From a virus (Duplodnaviria; Caudoviricetes): DNA of 64,000 nt. The DNA lies in the IMG/VR virus record IMGVR_UViG_3300027708_000013; one strand, 5' to 3'. The notes beneath the pieces were generated by a model. The model was not told where the DNA came from. It worked only from the letters and a program-made list of their open reading frames with translations, and made no database searches. The stretch's first letter is position 1. The number at the start of each line of letters is the position of its first letter. Of this stretch, positions 36,290-44,976 are shown piece after piece. The position numbers and the translations under genes are program-made.

Positions 36290-36835
36290 TTATTTTAAGC
36301 CGGCTGCAATGCGTAAGCTTTCGGTGAAATCGTTGACCGGTGCTCGTGTGGTAATTTGTACTCCCGCCACAGCTCGCATTTCGTCCAAGGCCTCGCTACC
36401 AAATCTACGATGATATTCCTCACTGGTGGTGGGGATTAATTTTTTTAAACTATCAACAGTCAATGGATTATCTGTATGATCTTTGTAGTAACGAACACGC
36501 CATTGTTCCAACTGTTGACCAGTTAGATTCATTATATCCTGCATCATCTCAATGATGTGTTCAGGCACTGTGGAATTGCGTTCACATTCAACAAACACAA
36601 TGTAATCACCGTCGTCCATTTCTCCGGAACTGACATCAGCATCAATAATCCAATCGTAACCTTTTTCAATGAAGTTTACCAAGTCAGTGGCTGGTTCTTT
36701 ACCCACAACTTTAAAGCTGATCACAACAACATCTTCGTCGCGACCCAGTTTGCTCTTGAACTCGTCACAATGCAATTCTGTGTGTACTAGACGTTTTAAA
36801 TCGCCCTGTTCTAAACCTTCGTGTAATTGTGTCAT
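36290..36835 (-). CDS. Conserved-looking hypothetical protein
   Basis: 181-aa ORF; starts MTQLHE-G. Confidence 0.7.
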   Translation of the reverse strand: MTQLHEGLEQGDLKRLVHTELHCDEFKSKLGRDEDVVVISFKVVGKEPATDLVNFIEKGYDWIIDADVSSGEMDDGDYIVFVECERNSTVPEHIIEMMQDIMNLTGQQLEQWRVRYYKDHTDNPLTVDSLKKLIPTTSEEYHRRFGSEALDEMRAVAGVQITTRAPVNDFTESLRIAAGLK

Positions 36836-37425
36836 TGTGCAGGTGCTCCTGTAGGGGCTGGTGCTGGTGCACCCGAGGCTTGTGCGTTTTCTTGATCAGC
36901 CTGTTCGCCGCTTTGGTACATTTCATCGTCCAAGCCTTCCTCGTAACTGGCTTCCACGTCTTCACTGTTGAGTGTTTCGTTGTCTAATTCTAAACTGCCT
37001 TGATGTATGTCTTGCATGAGTTTTTTAGGAACTGTGATCTCTACCAGCCAAATTGGTGCTTTGGCCATTTTTGCCAGTTTAGTACCAGGCTGAAAATCCA
37101 TGGGGCTTTTGAGTTTGATGGGATAACTTATGGTGTCTCGATGATACTTGACCACACATCCGTAGTCAGCTAAACGTTTGGCACCACGTGTGTCGGGCTT
37201 GGTTTTGTACGGCCACATAAAAGTGCAGGTGACAAAATATTTTTCGTAAACAGGCCCTTCTACTAGCTCGCCCTGTTTCCAGTGATCAAATGTGTATATG
37301 TCCAGTTCATCAATGATACGTTCAAAATCTAACAACGTATTGAGACTGCTGTCGGTCATGTAGATATCTTTGGTGTTTTCTATAACATCAGAAATACTAC
37401 GAGATTTGCGGGATAATTCAGTCAT
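36832..37425 (-). CDS. Hypothetical protein with acidic tail
   Basis: 197-aa ORF; late motif at 37446-37451. Confidence 0.7.
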   Translation of the reverse strand: MTELSRKSRSISDVIENTKDIYMTDSSLNTLLDFERIIDELDIYTFDHWKQGELVEGPVYEKYFVTCTFMWPYKTKPDTRGAKRLADYGCVVKYHRDTISYPIKLKSPMDFQPGTKLAKMAKAPIWLVEITVPKKLMQDIHQGSLELDNETLNSEDVEASYEEGLDDEMYQSGEQADQENAQASGAPAPAPTGAPAQ

Positions 37426-37464
37426 ATTAGTATAAGTTTATACTTTATTTATCTGTATCAAACG

Positions 37465-38127
37465 TTATACCGTTATAGAATCAGCTCGTGCCAATAGTTC
37501 TAAAAACGCATCGGTAGCAGGTGTGCGTACACCTGTTACTTGTAAGGTAACTCTTGGCGTATGTCCAGCGTTGGCAGTTGAGTGTGGAACATTTTGCCAG
37601 TCAAATGTAGTAACATCTCCGGCTCGCCAACCAGAATGTGTGTAGTTTCCGTAACTCCAAAAATGCCCGGGTTGCCAATTGGTTAGTTGTATTTGTACCC
37701 GTAATACACTATCGGGACTGTTGGGATTCCATTTTTCCAACTTGTCTAGATGTAAGTTCCATACTTCTCCGGGCTGTTGTATATGAATTCTGGTCATAGC
37801 ATCTTCCATGGCAAACCGATCAGCCATGCGTTGAAACTTATCGGGTATATTCCAGTTCAAGTGTGTGATTATGTAATCTCGACCGTAGCCTTCACGCTCA
37901 AGATCGTATTCTTCTGCGGCTAATTCCTCTTCGGGTCTAGTGTTGCTTGCCTGCCCACGAGTACGCCAAGTTGCCGGTTTGGCAGTGGCAATGACTTCGG
38001 CAAGTTCTTTATCCCAATTGGCCTCAAACTGCCCGAGACGAATCACTGTGTCGTATTGTGGATCTATTTTTGTTGGATCAAAATGATACCGGCTTCTTGT
38101 TTTTGTTGTGTCCCATGAACTGATCAT
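37465..38127 (-). CDS. 2OG-Fe(II)/cupin-type dioxygenase-like protein
   Basis: QQPGEVWNLHLD (HxD), WQNVPHSTAN, R.TLQ.TG. Confidence 0.6.
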   Translation of the reverse strand: MISSWDTTKTRSRYHFDPTKIDPQYDTVIRLGQFEANWDKELAEVIATAKPATWRTRGQASNTRPEEELAAEEYDLEREGYGRDYIITHLNWNIPDKFQRMADRFAMEDAMTRIHIQQPGEVWNLHLDKLEKWNPNSPDSVLRVQIQLTNWQPGHFWSYGNYTHSGWRAGDVTTFDWQNVPHSTANAGHTPRVTLQVTGVRTPATDAFLELLARADSITV

Positions 38128-38744
38128 ATCACTGTTACCTTTATGTCTGACGCTACATAGTCTTGATAATACTCTTTTGCAGGTGTTGCAATGCCCAACG
38201 TTCTTGCCAGTTGCCTATTGGTTTCCATGATTTTTGCTGGATATTCCCTTGCGGCTGCTCTATTACCTGCATTTTCTCTCGCAATGGCCGCGGCCATGGA
38301 TCTTAGATCTTTGTAGTAATCCCTATAGGCAGGATAGCTAATTTTAAACTCGCCACACTTGACCCACCAGCCTAGGCAAGCATCATCTGATCTATCAATC
38401 AGCACAACAGGGCAGTCAGGCCAGGTTCTTTTGATATAGTCAATGTGATATCCAAACACATGGCTTTTGATAATACGTACCCCGGTGCCTGAGAACGGGC
38501 GATCAAACTCAGCTTCACATTCTTCTTTGGAGTATTCATTTAAACGTTCAAACCCATCGCCAAACTCCATGGCTGGACCCCAATATACTCCCAGGTGCAT
38601 TAAATCATATGTGCCCGAAGCATCGTGCCAATAGGTACGCTGATCACTGTAATCTGTGCTGTCAACGTCGGCACTGTAGTAGATGTTTTTAACCACACTG
38701 CTCCACTTGGAGCCAGGAGCTCCACTGACAAAAATATATTTCAT
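38124..38744 (-). CDS. P-loop-like (sulfotransferase/kinase-like) protein
   Basis: FVSGAPGSKWSS, RIIKSH. Confidence 0.5.
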   Translation of the reverse strand: MKYIFVSGAPGSKWSSVVKNIYYSADVDSTDYSDQRTYWHDASGTYDLMHLGVYWGPAMEFGDGFERLNEYSKEECEAEFDRPFSGTGVRIIKSHVFGYHIDYIKRTWPDCPVVLIDRSDDACLGWWVKCGEFKISYPAYRDYYKDLRSMAAAIARENAGNRAAAREYPAKIMETNRQLARTLGIATPAKEYYQDYVASDIKVTVI

Positions 38745-38745
38745 A

Positions 38746-39330
38746 TTAAATTTTCTTAAACCATTTTTTATGTAGAGATAAACAAAAATCTAGATCTAAA
38801 TTTAAGTTTAAATTGTTGTTAATTGCTGTTAAAAAATCTGTAATATCTGATTTAAATAAATCATTGGGATTAATATTATACATGTTATCTTTCGTTGTTT
38901 CAAAAATTGTTGAAACAACGTTACCACTGTACGCCCACCTAGTTAATGTAGTATCATTAAAATTTATTCTTTGATTTATTGTATCAGTTAATGTTTGCCA
39001 TTCAAAATATATAAACAAAAATTGTGATAAATCCCGTATTGTTTGAAAAACATAATAAGTTTCATCAATATGTCCAACTATAATAAACGGTTTATCTGCT
39101 TTTTTAATAATTTGATAAACTTCAGTGGGATTAAAATGAGTGAATCCTACATGGGCATTTTTAATAGGAGACGAATAGTACTCATCTAAAATTATTTTAT
39201 ATTTATCATCACTTTCTTTAAGCAATCTATTGTTTATTTTTGGAGATGTAGAAATCATGTTGGCGAGATGATTCCCGCCCATTCCGGGAGGAAATAAAAC
39301 TATTATTGTTTTATAATTTTTGATATCCAT
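38746..39330 (-). CDS. AT-rich hypothetical protein with P-loop-like N-terminus
   Basis: IIVLFPPGMGGNHLANMI; start MDIKNY. Confidence 0.55.
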   Translation of the reverse strand: MDIKNYKTIIVLFPPGMGGNHLANMISTSPKINNRLLKESDDKYKIILDEYYSSPIKNAHVGFTHFNPTEVYQIIKKADKPFIIVGHIDETYYVFQTIRDLSQFLFIYFEWQTLTDTINQRINFNDTTLTRWAYSGNVVSTIFETTKDNMYNINPNDLFKSDITDFLTAINNNLNLNLDLDFCLSLHKKWFKKI

Positions 39331-39346
39331 TACTAATCGATATATT

Positions 39347-40300
39347 TCATTCAGGTTTGATCTTTCTAGCAACAGGTTGCCACACAGAGCGTAAACGTAA
39401 CATGCTGGCTCTAACACCGGCGGGTGAGTGTTCGGCGGGTGTGATAAACATCAAGTTTTCTGCAAATTTCGCTCCGGCTTCAGTACTTCTAATTGCTGGT
39501 ACAAACTGGTCTCGATACCAGGCCTGCACATCAGCAGGTGTGCCCCGGGGTAACACAATATTCCAGCATCCATGTATCGATAATCCTGGAGCAACTGTTT
39601 GCATCAATGGTGCTGATTCTAATCCTTTTAGTGGCTGTTCATTGGCAATACCAATTAATTTTAATTTACCTGCTTGTGCATGTGGCCATCCAACTGCCAC
39701 AGGTGTAACTCCGAATTCAACATGTCCTGCTACGACGTCTAACAGGGCTTGAGCCGGTCCTTTGTACATGGGAGTCACTACTGAATCGGTGGGCATTTGC
39801 AGACTATCAACAAGATATTGTACTGCCAGTCTGTGTCCACCACCACCAATGGCAATATTAACTGGTCTCTTTTGACTCTGTATCAATTTGACCAAGTCTT
39901 GAGGGGTGTTGACAGGGCTACCGGGTGCAGCCCAAAATGCCAAGGGACTGCGGGCAATGTTGGCCACTGGTTCAAATTCCTGTGCATCATAACGAACCAT
40001 ATTGCTGTACCATACGTCCGCAGTGACCCAGTTGCTTTGACAAGCAGGCACAGCAACAGTGTATCCATCTGCAGGCACTGTGGCAAAGTGATTCATGGCA
40101 ATGTTGCCATCGGCACCGGGTCTATATTCACTAACAAATGTGGCACTGGTTCGCTTTTCCACTATACTGGCCACAAATCTAAAACTGATTTCATTGCCGG
40201 CACCGGGGCCATTGGGAAATATCACAGTGATGGGTCGTTGTGGTTCCCAGGCAAAAGCCAGCACGGGTATCAATAATAATACTGCTAATAATTTTTTCAT
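39347..40300 (-). CDS. Tripartite tricarboxylate transporter substrate-binding protein (TctC/Bug family)
   Basis: Signal peptide; EYRPGADGNIA, MYKG..QALLDVVAGHV, GKLKLIG. Confidence 0.85.
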   Translation of the reverse strand: MKKLLAVLLLIPVLAFAWEPQRPITVIFPNGPGAGNEISFRFVASIVEKRTSATFVSEYRPGADGNIAMNHFATVPADGYTVAVPACQSNWVTADVWYSNMVRYDAQEFEPVANIARSPLAFWAAPGSPVNTPQDLVKLIQSQKRPVNIAIGGGGHRLAVQYLVDSLQMPTDSVVTPMYKGPAQALLDVVAGHVEFGVTPVAVGWPHAQAGKLKLIGIANEQPLKGLESAPLMQTVAPGLSIHGCWNIVLPRGTPADVQAWYRDQFVPAIRSTEAGAKFAENLMFITPAEHSPAGVRASMLRLRSVWQPVARKIKPE

Positions 40301-40346
40301 ATGCGTTCCTTGCGTTAAATACTACTATTATATTATACTATTAATT

Positions 40347-40913
40347 ATGTTAGATCAACAACACTTAAACAATTATTTTGGAAAAATCTGGAGCCAGCGT
40401 GAACGAAGCCTGGATCAATATCAATACTCGGGCTACGGCCTAGTGGACAAGATACTGCCCGGACAACGAGTACTTGATGTGGGTTGCGGTGTGAATCCTT
40501 TTAAAAACTACATACCAAACCTAACCGGTGTTGATCCGGCATTTGATCAAGCAGACTTTTGCATGACCATAGAAGACTATGCACAAGTTCATTACATACA
40601 GAAATTTCACGTGGCATTTTGCCTGGGCAGTATAAACTTTGGAACTAGAGAAGATATAGAACATCAAATTGCCTGTGTGATCAAATTGCTACATCGCAGA
40701 GATGCCAAGATCTTTTGGCGTTGTAATCCTGCACTGGCAGATCACGGCAATACCGAGTGCGAAACAATACCCTTTTATCCCTGGAGTTTTGATGAGCAAG
40801 TACGCTTGGCTGAACTGTTTGGGTTCAACATTGTGGAAATGGACTGGGACAACGGTAATAGAATCTATGCTGAATGGAACAGCAAAAACATCAGTCAAAA
40901 TGCTGTAGTCTAG
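40347..40913 (+). CDS. Class I SAM-dependent methyltransferase-like protein
   Basis: VLDVGCG motif I, GVDPA, FCLGSINF; ATG 40347 after TAAATA at 40316. Confidence 0.7.
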   Translation: MLDQQHLNNYFGKIWSQRERSLDQYQYSGYGLVDKILPGQRVLDVGCGVNPFKNYIPNLTGVDPAFDQADFCMTIEDYAQVHYIQKFHVAFCLGSINFGTREDIEHQIACVIKLLHRRDAKIFWRCNPALADHGNTECETIPFYPWSFDEQVRLAELFGFNIVEMDWDNGNRIYAEWNSKNISQNAVV

Positions 40914-40966
40914 TTTAATACTTAGCTGAATTTTTACAAGTTATAAACGCAGTTAAATCATCACAC

Positions 40967-41027
40967 AGTATCTCCTTAAATATTTTTGTGAAACACAGTT
41001 CACACAACTAAAACTCAAGGAGATACT
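40967..41027 (+). promoter_or_regulatory. phoH leader: anti-SD arm, late promoter and SD
   Basis: AGTATCTCCTT (40967-40977) is the exact reverse complement of AAGGAGATACT (41017-41027); TAAATA at 40977-40982. Confidence 0.7.
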
Positions 41028-41028
41028 T

Positions 41029-41805
41029 TTGGCCAAACGTCGAAACAGAGCAGTAGAAACAACACAATATTATCAAACCAACCTTTCCCGTAACAAACAA
41101 AAAACACCTGATATAAAACTAGTAACCGACGATTACTTTAAACACCAAAATCAGCGACGAAAAGTAGAATTAATACCCAAAAGTCTAAATCAAGAATCAT
41201 ACATAGACTTGCTTACAGATGAATCCAAATTAATTATATTTGCCACAGGCCCAGCCGGCACAGGTAAAACCATGTTGGCAGTTATGGCCGCAATACAAGC
41301 GTACCAAAGAGGAGATTGTAGTAAAATAGTAATCACACGTCCAGCAGTGGGAGTGGACGACGAACAGCATGGCTTCTTACCGGGCGATATCAATGCCAAA
41401 ATGGCACCATGGACTAGACCAATAATGGATGTATTTGCAGAGTACTATCGACAAAGTGAAATAACCTGTATGCTGGATGAAGGCACAATTGAAGTATCAC
41501 CCTTGGCCTACATGAGGGGTAGAACTTTTAAAAATGCCTGGATCATAGCAGACGAAATGCAAAATGCGACACCAAGTCAAATGAAAATGTTGCTCACACG
41601 TCTAGGCGATAACAGTAAGATGGTGGTAACCGGAGATACACAACAGGCAGATCGCCGGGAGTCAGAAAACGGTTTAATTGACGTCAAGCGTCTAGTAGAC
41701 GGATTTGGTGCTAGCAAGTTTATTGCTGGTATAGAGTTTGCGGGACGTGATATACAACGACATGCGGCTGTTGCAGAAGTATTAAAAATTTACGGAGAAA
41801 TTTAA
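41029..41805 (+). CDS. phoH: PhoH-like ATPase
   Basis: GPAGTGKT, ITRPAV, GFLPG, PLAYMRGRTF, DEMQN, TRLG, GDTQQ; TTG start. Confidence 0.95.
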   Translation: MAKRRNRAVETTQYYQTNLSRNKQKTPDIKLVTDDYFKHQNQRRKVELIPKSLNQESYIDLLTDESKLIIFATGPAGTGKTMLAVMAAIQAYQRGDCSKIVITRPAVGVDDEQHGFLPGDINAKMAPWTRPIMDVFAEYYRQSEITCMLDEGTIEVSPLAYMRGRTFKNAWIIADEMQNATPSQMKMLLTRLGDNSKMVVTGDTQQADRRESENGLIDVKRLVDGFGASKFIAGIEFAGRDIQRHAAVAEVLKIYGEI

Positions 41806-41824
41806 TCAACCACAGCAGTAGAGA

Positions 41825-42481
41825 TTACTGCTGGTTGACTTCTTTTATATAATTCAAAACTGTAAATCTTGCGTCGCTGTAGTGCGGATCTCGACGATGA
41901 CTTTTTACACGGGCAGTGATTTTCACAGGGGCATTGAATCTGTGTTTGTTCCAAAAACTTATCAAGTTGCCTGCACCATCGTGTCCCACATGCACAAACA
42001 TGTTGTAATTTTTTACGTAAGAACAACTCAAGGGCTCAAAATCAACAGATACTTTTTTGCCCATGACACCGATAAAGGTGCTGTTGGCACTCTTGGACAG
42101 TACTGTTTCTCGTGTGACATCGGCTCGTACAGTGTCGTGATACAATTTTGGTGCCCAGGCCAACAATCCAAAACTGTCGCTGGAGACAGAATCCTTGGTT
42201 ATTAGCTCAACCACTTCTCTGAGAAATCCACCCGAGTCTCTACCAGCCAAGGCGTTCATCATCACACGTTGCATCAAGCTGTTGACAATTTCATCAGCGT
42301 GATCTTGTAATTCTGAATCAGAAAATCCCTGCATGGCAGTGCCAGTGAAGTGTTGATAGATCAATTGTTTGTTGTTGCTACACCCATTGCGAATGATAGA
42401 TTGATTGTTTATACGAAAAGCCATGATTGCGGCTTTTACAGCATCTTGAGTTGCTACTTTGATTTTTGGTATTTTTGCCAT
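41825..42481 (-). CDS. Hypothetical protein with possible C-terminal OB-like domain
   Basis: 218-aa ORF downstream of a consensus promoter. Confidence 0.65.
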   Translation of the reverse strand: MAKIPKIKVATQDAVKAAIMAFRINNQSIIRNGCSNNKQLIYQHFTGTAMQGFSDSELQDHADEIVNSLMQRVMMNALAGRDSGGFLREVVELITKDSVSSDSFGLLAWAPKLYHDTVRADVTRETVLSKSANSTFIGVMGKKVSVDFEPLSCSYVKNYNMFVHVGHDGAGNLISFWNKHRFNAPVKITARVKSHRRDPHYSDARFTVLNYIKEVNQQ

Positions 42482-42510
42482 TTTTCACTCACAGTGTTTA
42501 CTATGTTACT

Positions 42511-42539
42511 ATTATAGCAAAAAGTGAATTTCTGGTCAA
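42511..42539 (-). promoter_or_regulatory. Sigma70 promoter TTGACC-N17-TATAAT
   Basis: Direct read. Confidence 0.75.
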
Positions 42540-42781
42540 CCGCGACCCCGAGCATTGATTGATTGGTGTAGGGCTTGTAAGTACTGGGTTTGACGTATCA
42601 TCTTACCTTCTAAATCCTCTAAACGACTGGCAAGTTGACGGTTTTGCTCCTGTAACTGCTCTATGGTTGTTTGTGTTTCTCTAATGGTTTTATCGTGGCT
42701 CAACAAGTTTGGACGTGGTGGTGCATCAGGGTCCACTGCACGTTTTTTCTTGGCCTGCATACTTTTAAAAAATGGTGTCAT
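42536..42781 (-). CDS. Small basic coiled-coil protein
   Basis: ATG 42781 lies 4 nt after TAAATA. Confidence 0.6.
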   Translation of the reverse strand: MTPFFKSMQAKKKRAVDPDAPPRPNLLSHDKTIRETQTTIEQLQEQNRQLASRLEDLEGKMIRQTQYLQALHQSINARGRG

Positions 42782-42788
42782 GTTGTAT

Positions 42789-43160
42789 TTATTCAGCAGG
42801 TTGAACAGTTTTACTGTCCTCTTCCGCCTGCATTGCATCCAACATGCTATTAAAATATTCAAGATCTAACTTACTCATCACTGCTGTGATATATTGATGA
42901 TATCCTTTGAAAAAATATTTAAATTTATCATCAAATGTTTCAGCCGGAACCGAACGATCTTTTAACACTGTTTTAGCACTGAGATTTAAAACAATACTGC
43001 TACTGGTGACAGCATCATGTTTTAAACCACGGGTAATTTCCACACGTTCATCGTAGTAGAAATTCTTGGGATCTTTTTGCCAGCCGGCCCGTTGTGTTTG
43101 TACTCCCGGGCGTGGTTTTGCATAATGAAATGCCACTAGATAAATTTCTTTGTTTTTCAT
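42789..43160 (-). CDS. Hypothetical protein
   Basis: 123-aa ORF coupled to the clamp loader. Confidence 0.65.
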   Translation of the reverse strand: MKNKEIYLVAFHYAKPRPGVQTQRAGWQKDPKNFYYDERVEITRGLKHDAVTSSSIVLNLSAKTVLKDRSVPAETFDDKFKYFFKGYHQYITAVMSKLDLEYFNSMLDAMQAEEDSKTVQPAE

Positions 43161-44086
43161 TATTGTCCTATTTGTGTTAATTCGCAGAGTGTGGCGCTCA
43201 AATTGATTTCCGGGTCTGCCACTTGACTGTGACTTACTAGACCTTTTCTAATTATTAATATGGCTTCGTCTTGCCCTTCGGGAGTTGAGCTCCAAATTCC
43301 AAGGTTGTCGTACATCCATCTGAACACAGCATCCATGTCATCCACAGAAGCTTGACCGCAAATCAATGTTCTTGCCTCACGAATCCTGCCGGCTCGGAAC
43401 ATGCTCACAGCATCCAATTTCCAGTCGTTAACACTGGTGTCATTTTCACCAGGAGCAATCAAAGTACCTTTGAAGGAGTTGCTCTGTAACAATTTTAAAC
43501 AACTACGCAGGTCAGGATAGGTGGCTTTGACATAAAGATCCAGAGTATCTAAATCAAATTCTATATTTTCTTTAACTAACACAGTTGCGGCACGGGCAGT
43601 AAATTCTGTTAAATCGGTTTTGTCAATGTGGAATCTCAAAAAGCGACTGTGTAGTGCCGGCATGATCTTGTTTGGATAATTACACGTTGCAATAAACCTC
43701 ACCGACTGGCTGTAGTCTTCCATTAGGTTACGCAAGGCTGGTTGTACACTTTGTATGTTCATTTGATCTGCCTCGTCGATCAGGACAACTTTAAAATCAC
43801 CGTATGGCATGGTTTGGCAGAAGTTAATTAACCGGTCAATCCATTCAATTTTACGTGCTTCCTTACTACCATTGGCATACATGATGTCATACTCATCGAC
43901 CGCCAACTCATGTATCAACATTTTGGCCAATGTTGTTTTACCTGTGCCCGGTGATCCACTCAACATCAAATGCGGAATACTTTTGTCTCGAACCCAACTT
44001 TCAACCTGTTCACGTTGATATTCATTTGTAAACACATATCCATCCAGTGTGTTTGGCCTAAATTTTTCTACCCATAGTTCTTTCAT
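43160..44086 (-). CDS. Clamp loader AAA+ subunit (gp44/RFC small subunit-like)
   Basis: LWVEKFRP, GSPGTGKTT, LIDEAD, TCNYPNKI.PAL.SR. Confidence 0.92.
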   Translation of the reverse strand: MKELWVEKFRPNTLDGYVFTNEYQREQVESWVRDKSIPHLMLSGSPGTGKTTLAKMLIHELAVDEYDIMYANGSKEARKIEWIDRLINFCQTMPYGDFKVVLIDEADQMNIQSVQPALRNLMEDYSQSVRFIATCNYPNKIMPALHSRFLRFHIDKTDLTEFTARAATVLVKENIEFDLDTLDLYVKATYPDLRSCLKLLQSNSFKGTLIAPGENDTSVNDWKLDAVSMFRAGRIREARTLICGQASVDDMDAVFRWMYDNLGIWSSTPEGQDEAILIIRKGLVSHSQVADPEINLSATLCELTQIGQ

Positions 44087-44265
44087 GCTAGATCCTTAAA
44101 CATTGTCTTACGTCCCGCTTCACCTATGTGAAGATCAAATACTTCTTTTACTCGTTGCATCATGGCACAGGCCATCATGAGTTGTTCGTTTCTGTCATCG
44201 CACATCAACAGTTGTTGATCCACTGGCTCCATCAATTCTGCCATTCTTCGTTCTATTCGACTCAT
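44083..44265 (-). CDS. Small hypothetical protein
   Basis: 60 aa; begins inside a 23-bp repeat. Confidence 0.6.
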   Translation of the reverse strand: MSRIERRMAELMEPVDQQLLMCDDRNEQLMMACAMMQRVKEVFDLHIGEAGRKTMFKDLA

Positions 44266-44363
44266 TTCTCACTCGCTTTCTTTACCTACTAGAATAAACA
44301 ATCATTAAAATAGCTATCAAGATTAAAAACTCACCAATAGTCATTTCTCACTCGCTTTCTTTA
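44262..44363 (-). repeat. 23-bp direct repeat TAAAGAAAGCGAGTGAGAAATGA (44262-44284 and 44341-44363)
   Basis: Two identical copies, each ending in ATGA. Confidence 0.85.
44282..44344 (-). CDS. 20-aa hydrophobic microprotein MTIGEFLILIAILMIVYSSR
   Basis: Translated by hand; ATG in one repeat copy, TAA in the other. Confidence 0.45.
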   Translation of the reverse strand: MTIGEFLILIAILMIVYSSR

Positions 44364-44439
44364 TCACTGCTTCTGTCAATATTTCGGAAATTATAATATC
44401 AAATATTTCAAATGCTTGTTGTAACAGTTGATCAATCAT
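44341..44439 (-). CDS. 32-aa microprotein MIDQLLQQAFEIFDIIISEILTEAVIKKASEK
   Basis: ATGA overlaps at both ends. Confidence 0.45.
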   Translation of the reverse strand: MIDQLLQQAFEIFDIIISEILTEAVIKKASEK

Positions 44440-44603
44440 TTCAATCCTCTCCATCCCAATAAAAATGCTGCTGTGGTTAATTCTCGTAATCTTGGACTAC
44501 GTCTAAACTCAATCCAAAGATCTAAATAAACTGCAGGAAAATACGCAATCCAGATCAACTGCCTCAACCAGTCCGGCTTGAGTCTTGCTAGGTATGCTGT
44601 CAT
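44436..44603 (-). CDS. Small hypothetical protein
   Basis: Coupled start/stop overlaps. Confidence 0.4.
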   Translation of the reverse strand: MTAYLARLKPDWLRQLIWIAYFPAVYLDLWIEFRRSPRLRELTTAAFLLGWRGLK

Positions 44604-44776
44604 AACAGTTTCTTGATTGCTTGAACAAGATTGTAAAAGCGACTCCTGTACGAGTCCGCCAGTGTTTGCTCTAGAAATGATTTGCCATGCGGGCAACGTC
44701 CCTGTCGCCATGTGCAGTTATTGTGTACAGTTTCACCGCAATAAACACATTTTACTTGTGTTTGAGTCGTTGCCAT
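44600..44776 (-). CDS. Small Cys-containing hypothetical protein
   Basis: CVYC..C..CPH. Confidence 0.5.
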   Translation of the reverse strand: MATTQTQVKCVYCGETVHNNCTWRQGRCPHGKSFLEQTLADSYRSRFYNLVQAIKKLL

Positions 44777-44976
44777 ATTCGATCCGCTTCCCATTGTTCT
44801 TCTCCGCTAAATTTTGGTAGACTATTATATTCGTCTTCTAACCAACATTTTAACAGATATAAATCTCGTTTGCAACTGGAACTGGTGAAACCGTCGTTGT
44901 AGGGACTGGTGATTTCGCCCAAACTTTTCATTATGGCCACACGAGCAACATGTAGATTGGGCTGTTGAAATCCCAT
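44752..44976 (-). CDS. Small hypothetical protein
   Basis: 74-aa ORF coupled to groES. Confidence 0.55.
   Translation of the reverse strand: MGFQQPNLHVARVAIMKSLGEITSPYNDGFTSSSCKRDLYLLKCWLEDEYNSLPKFSGEEQWEADRIWQRLKHK

Noticed and set aside
40095-40346. Long N-terminal extension of the plus-strand methyltransferase ORF
   Set aside because: It overlaps tctC antisense; the ATG at 40347 after TAAATA is the better start.
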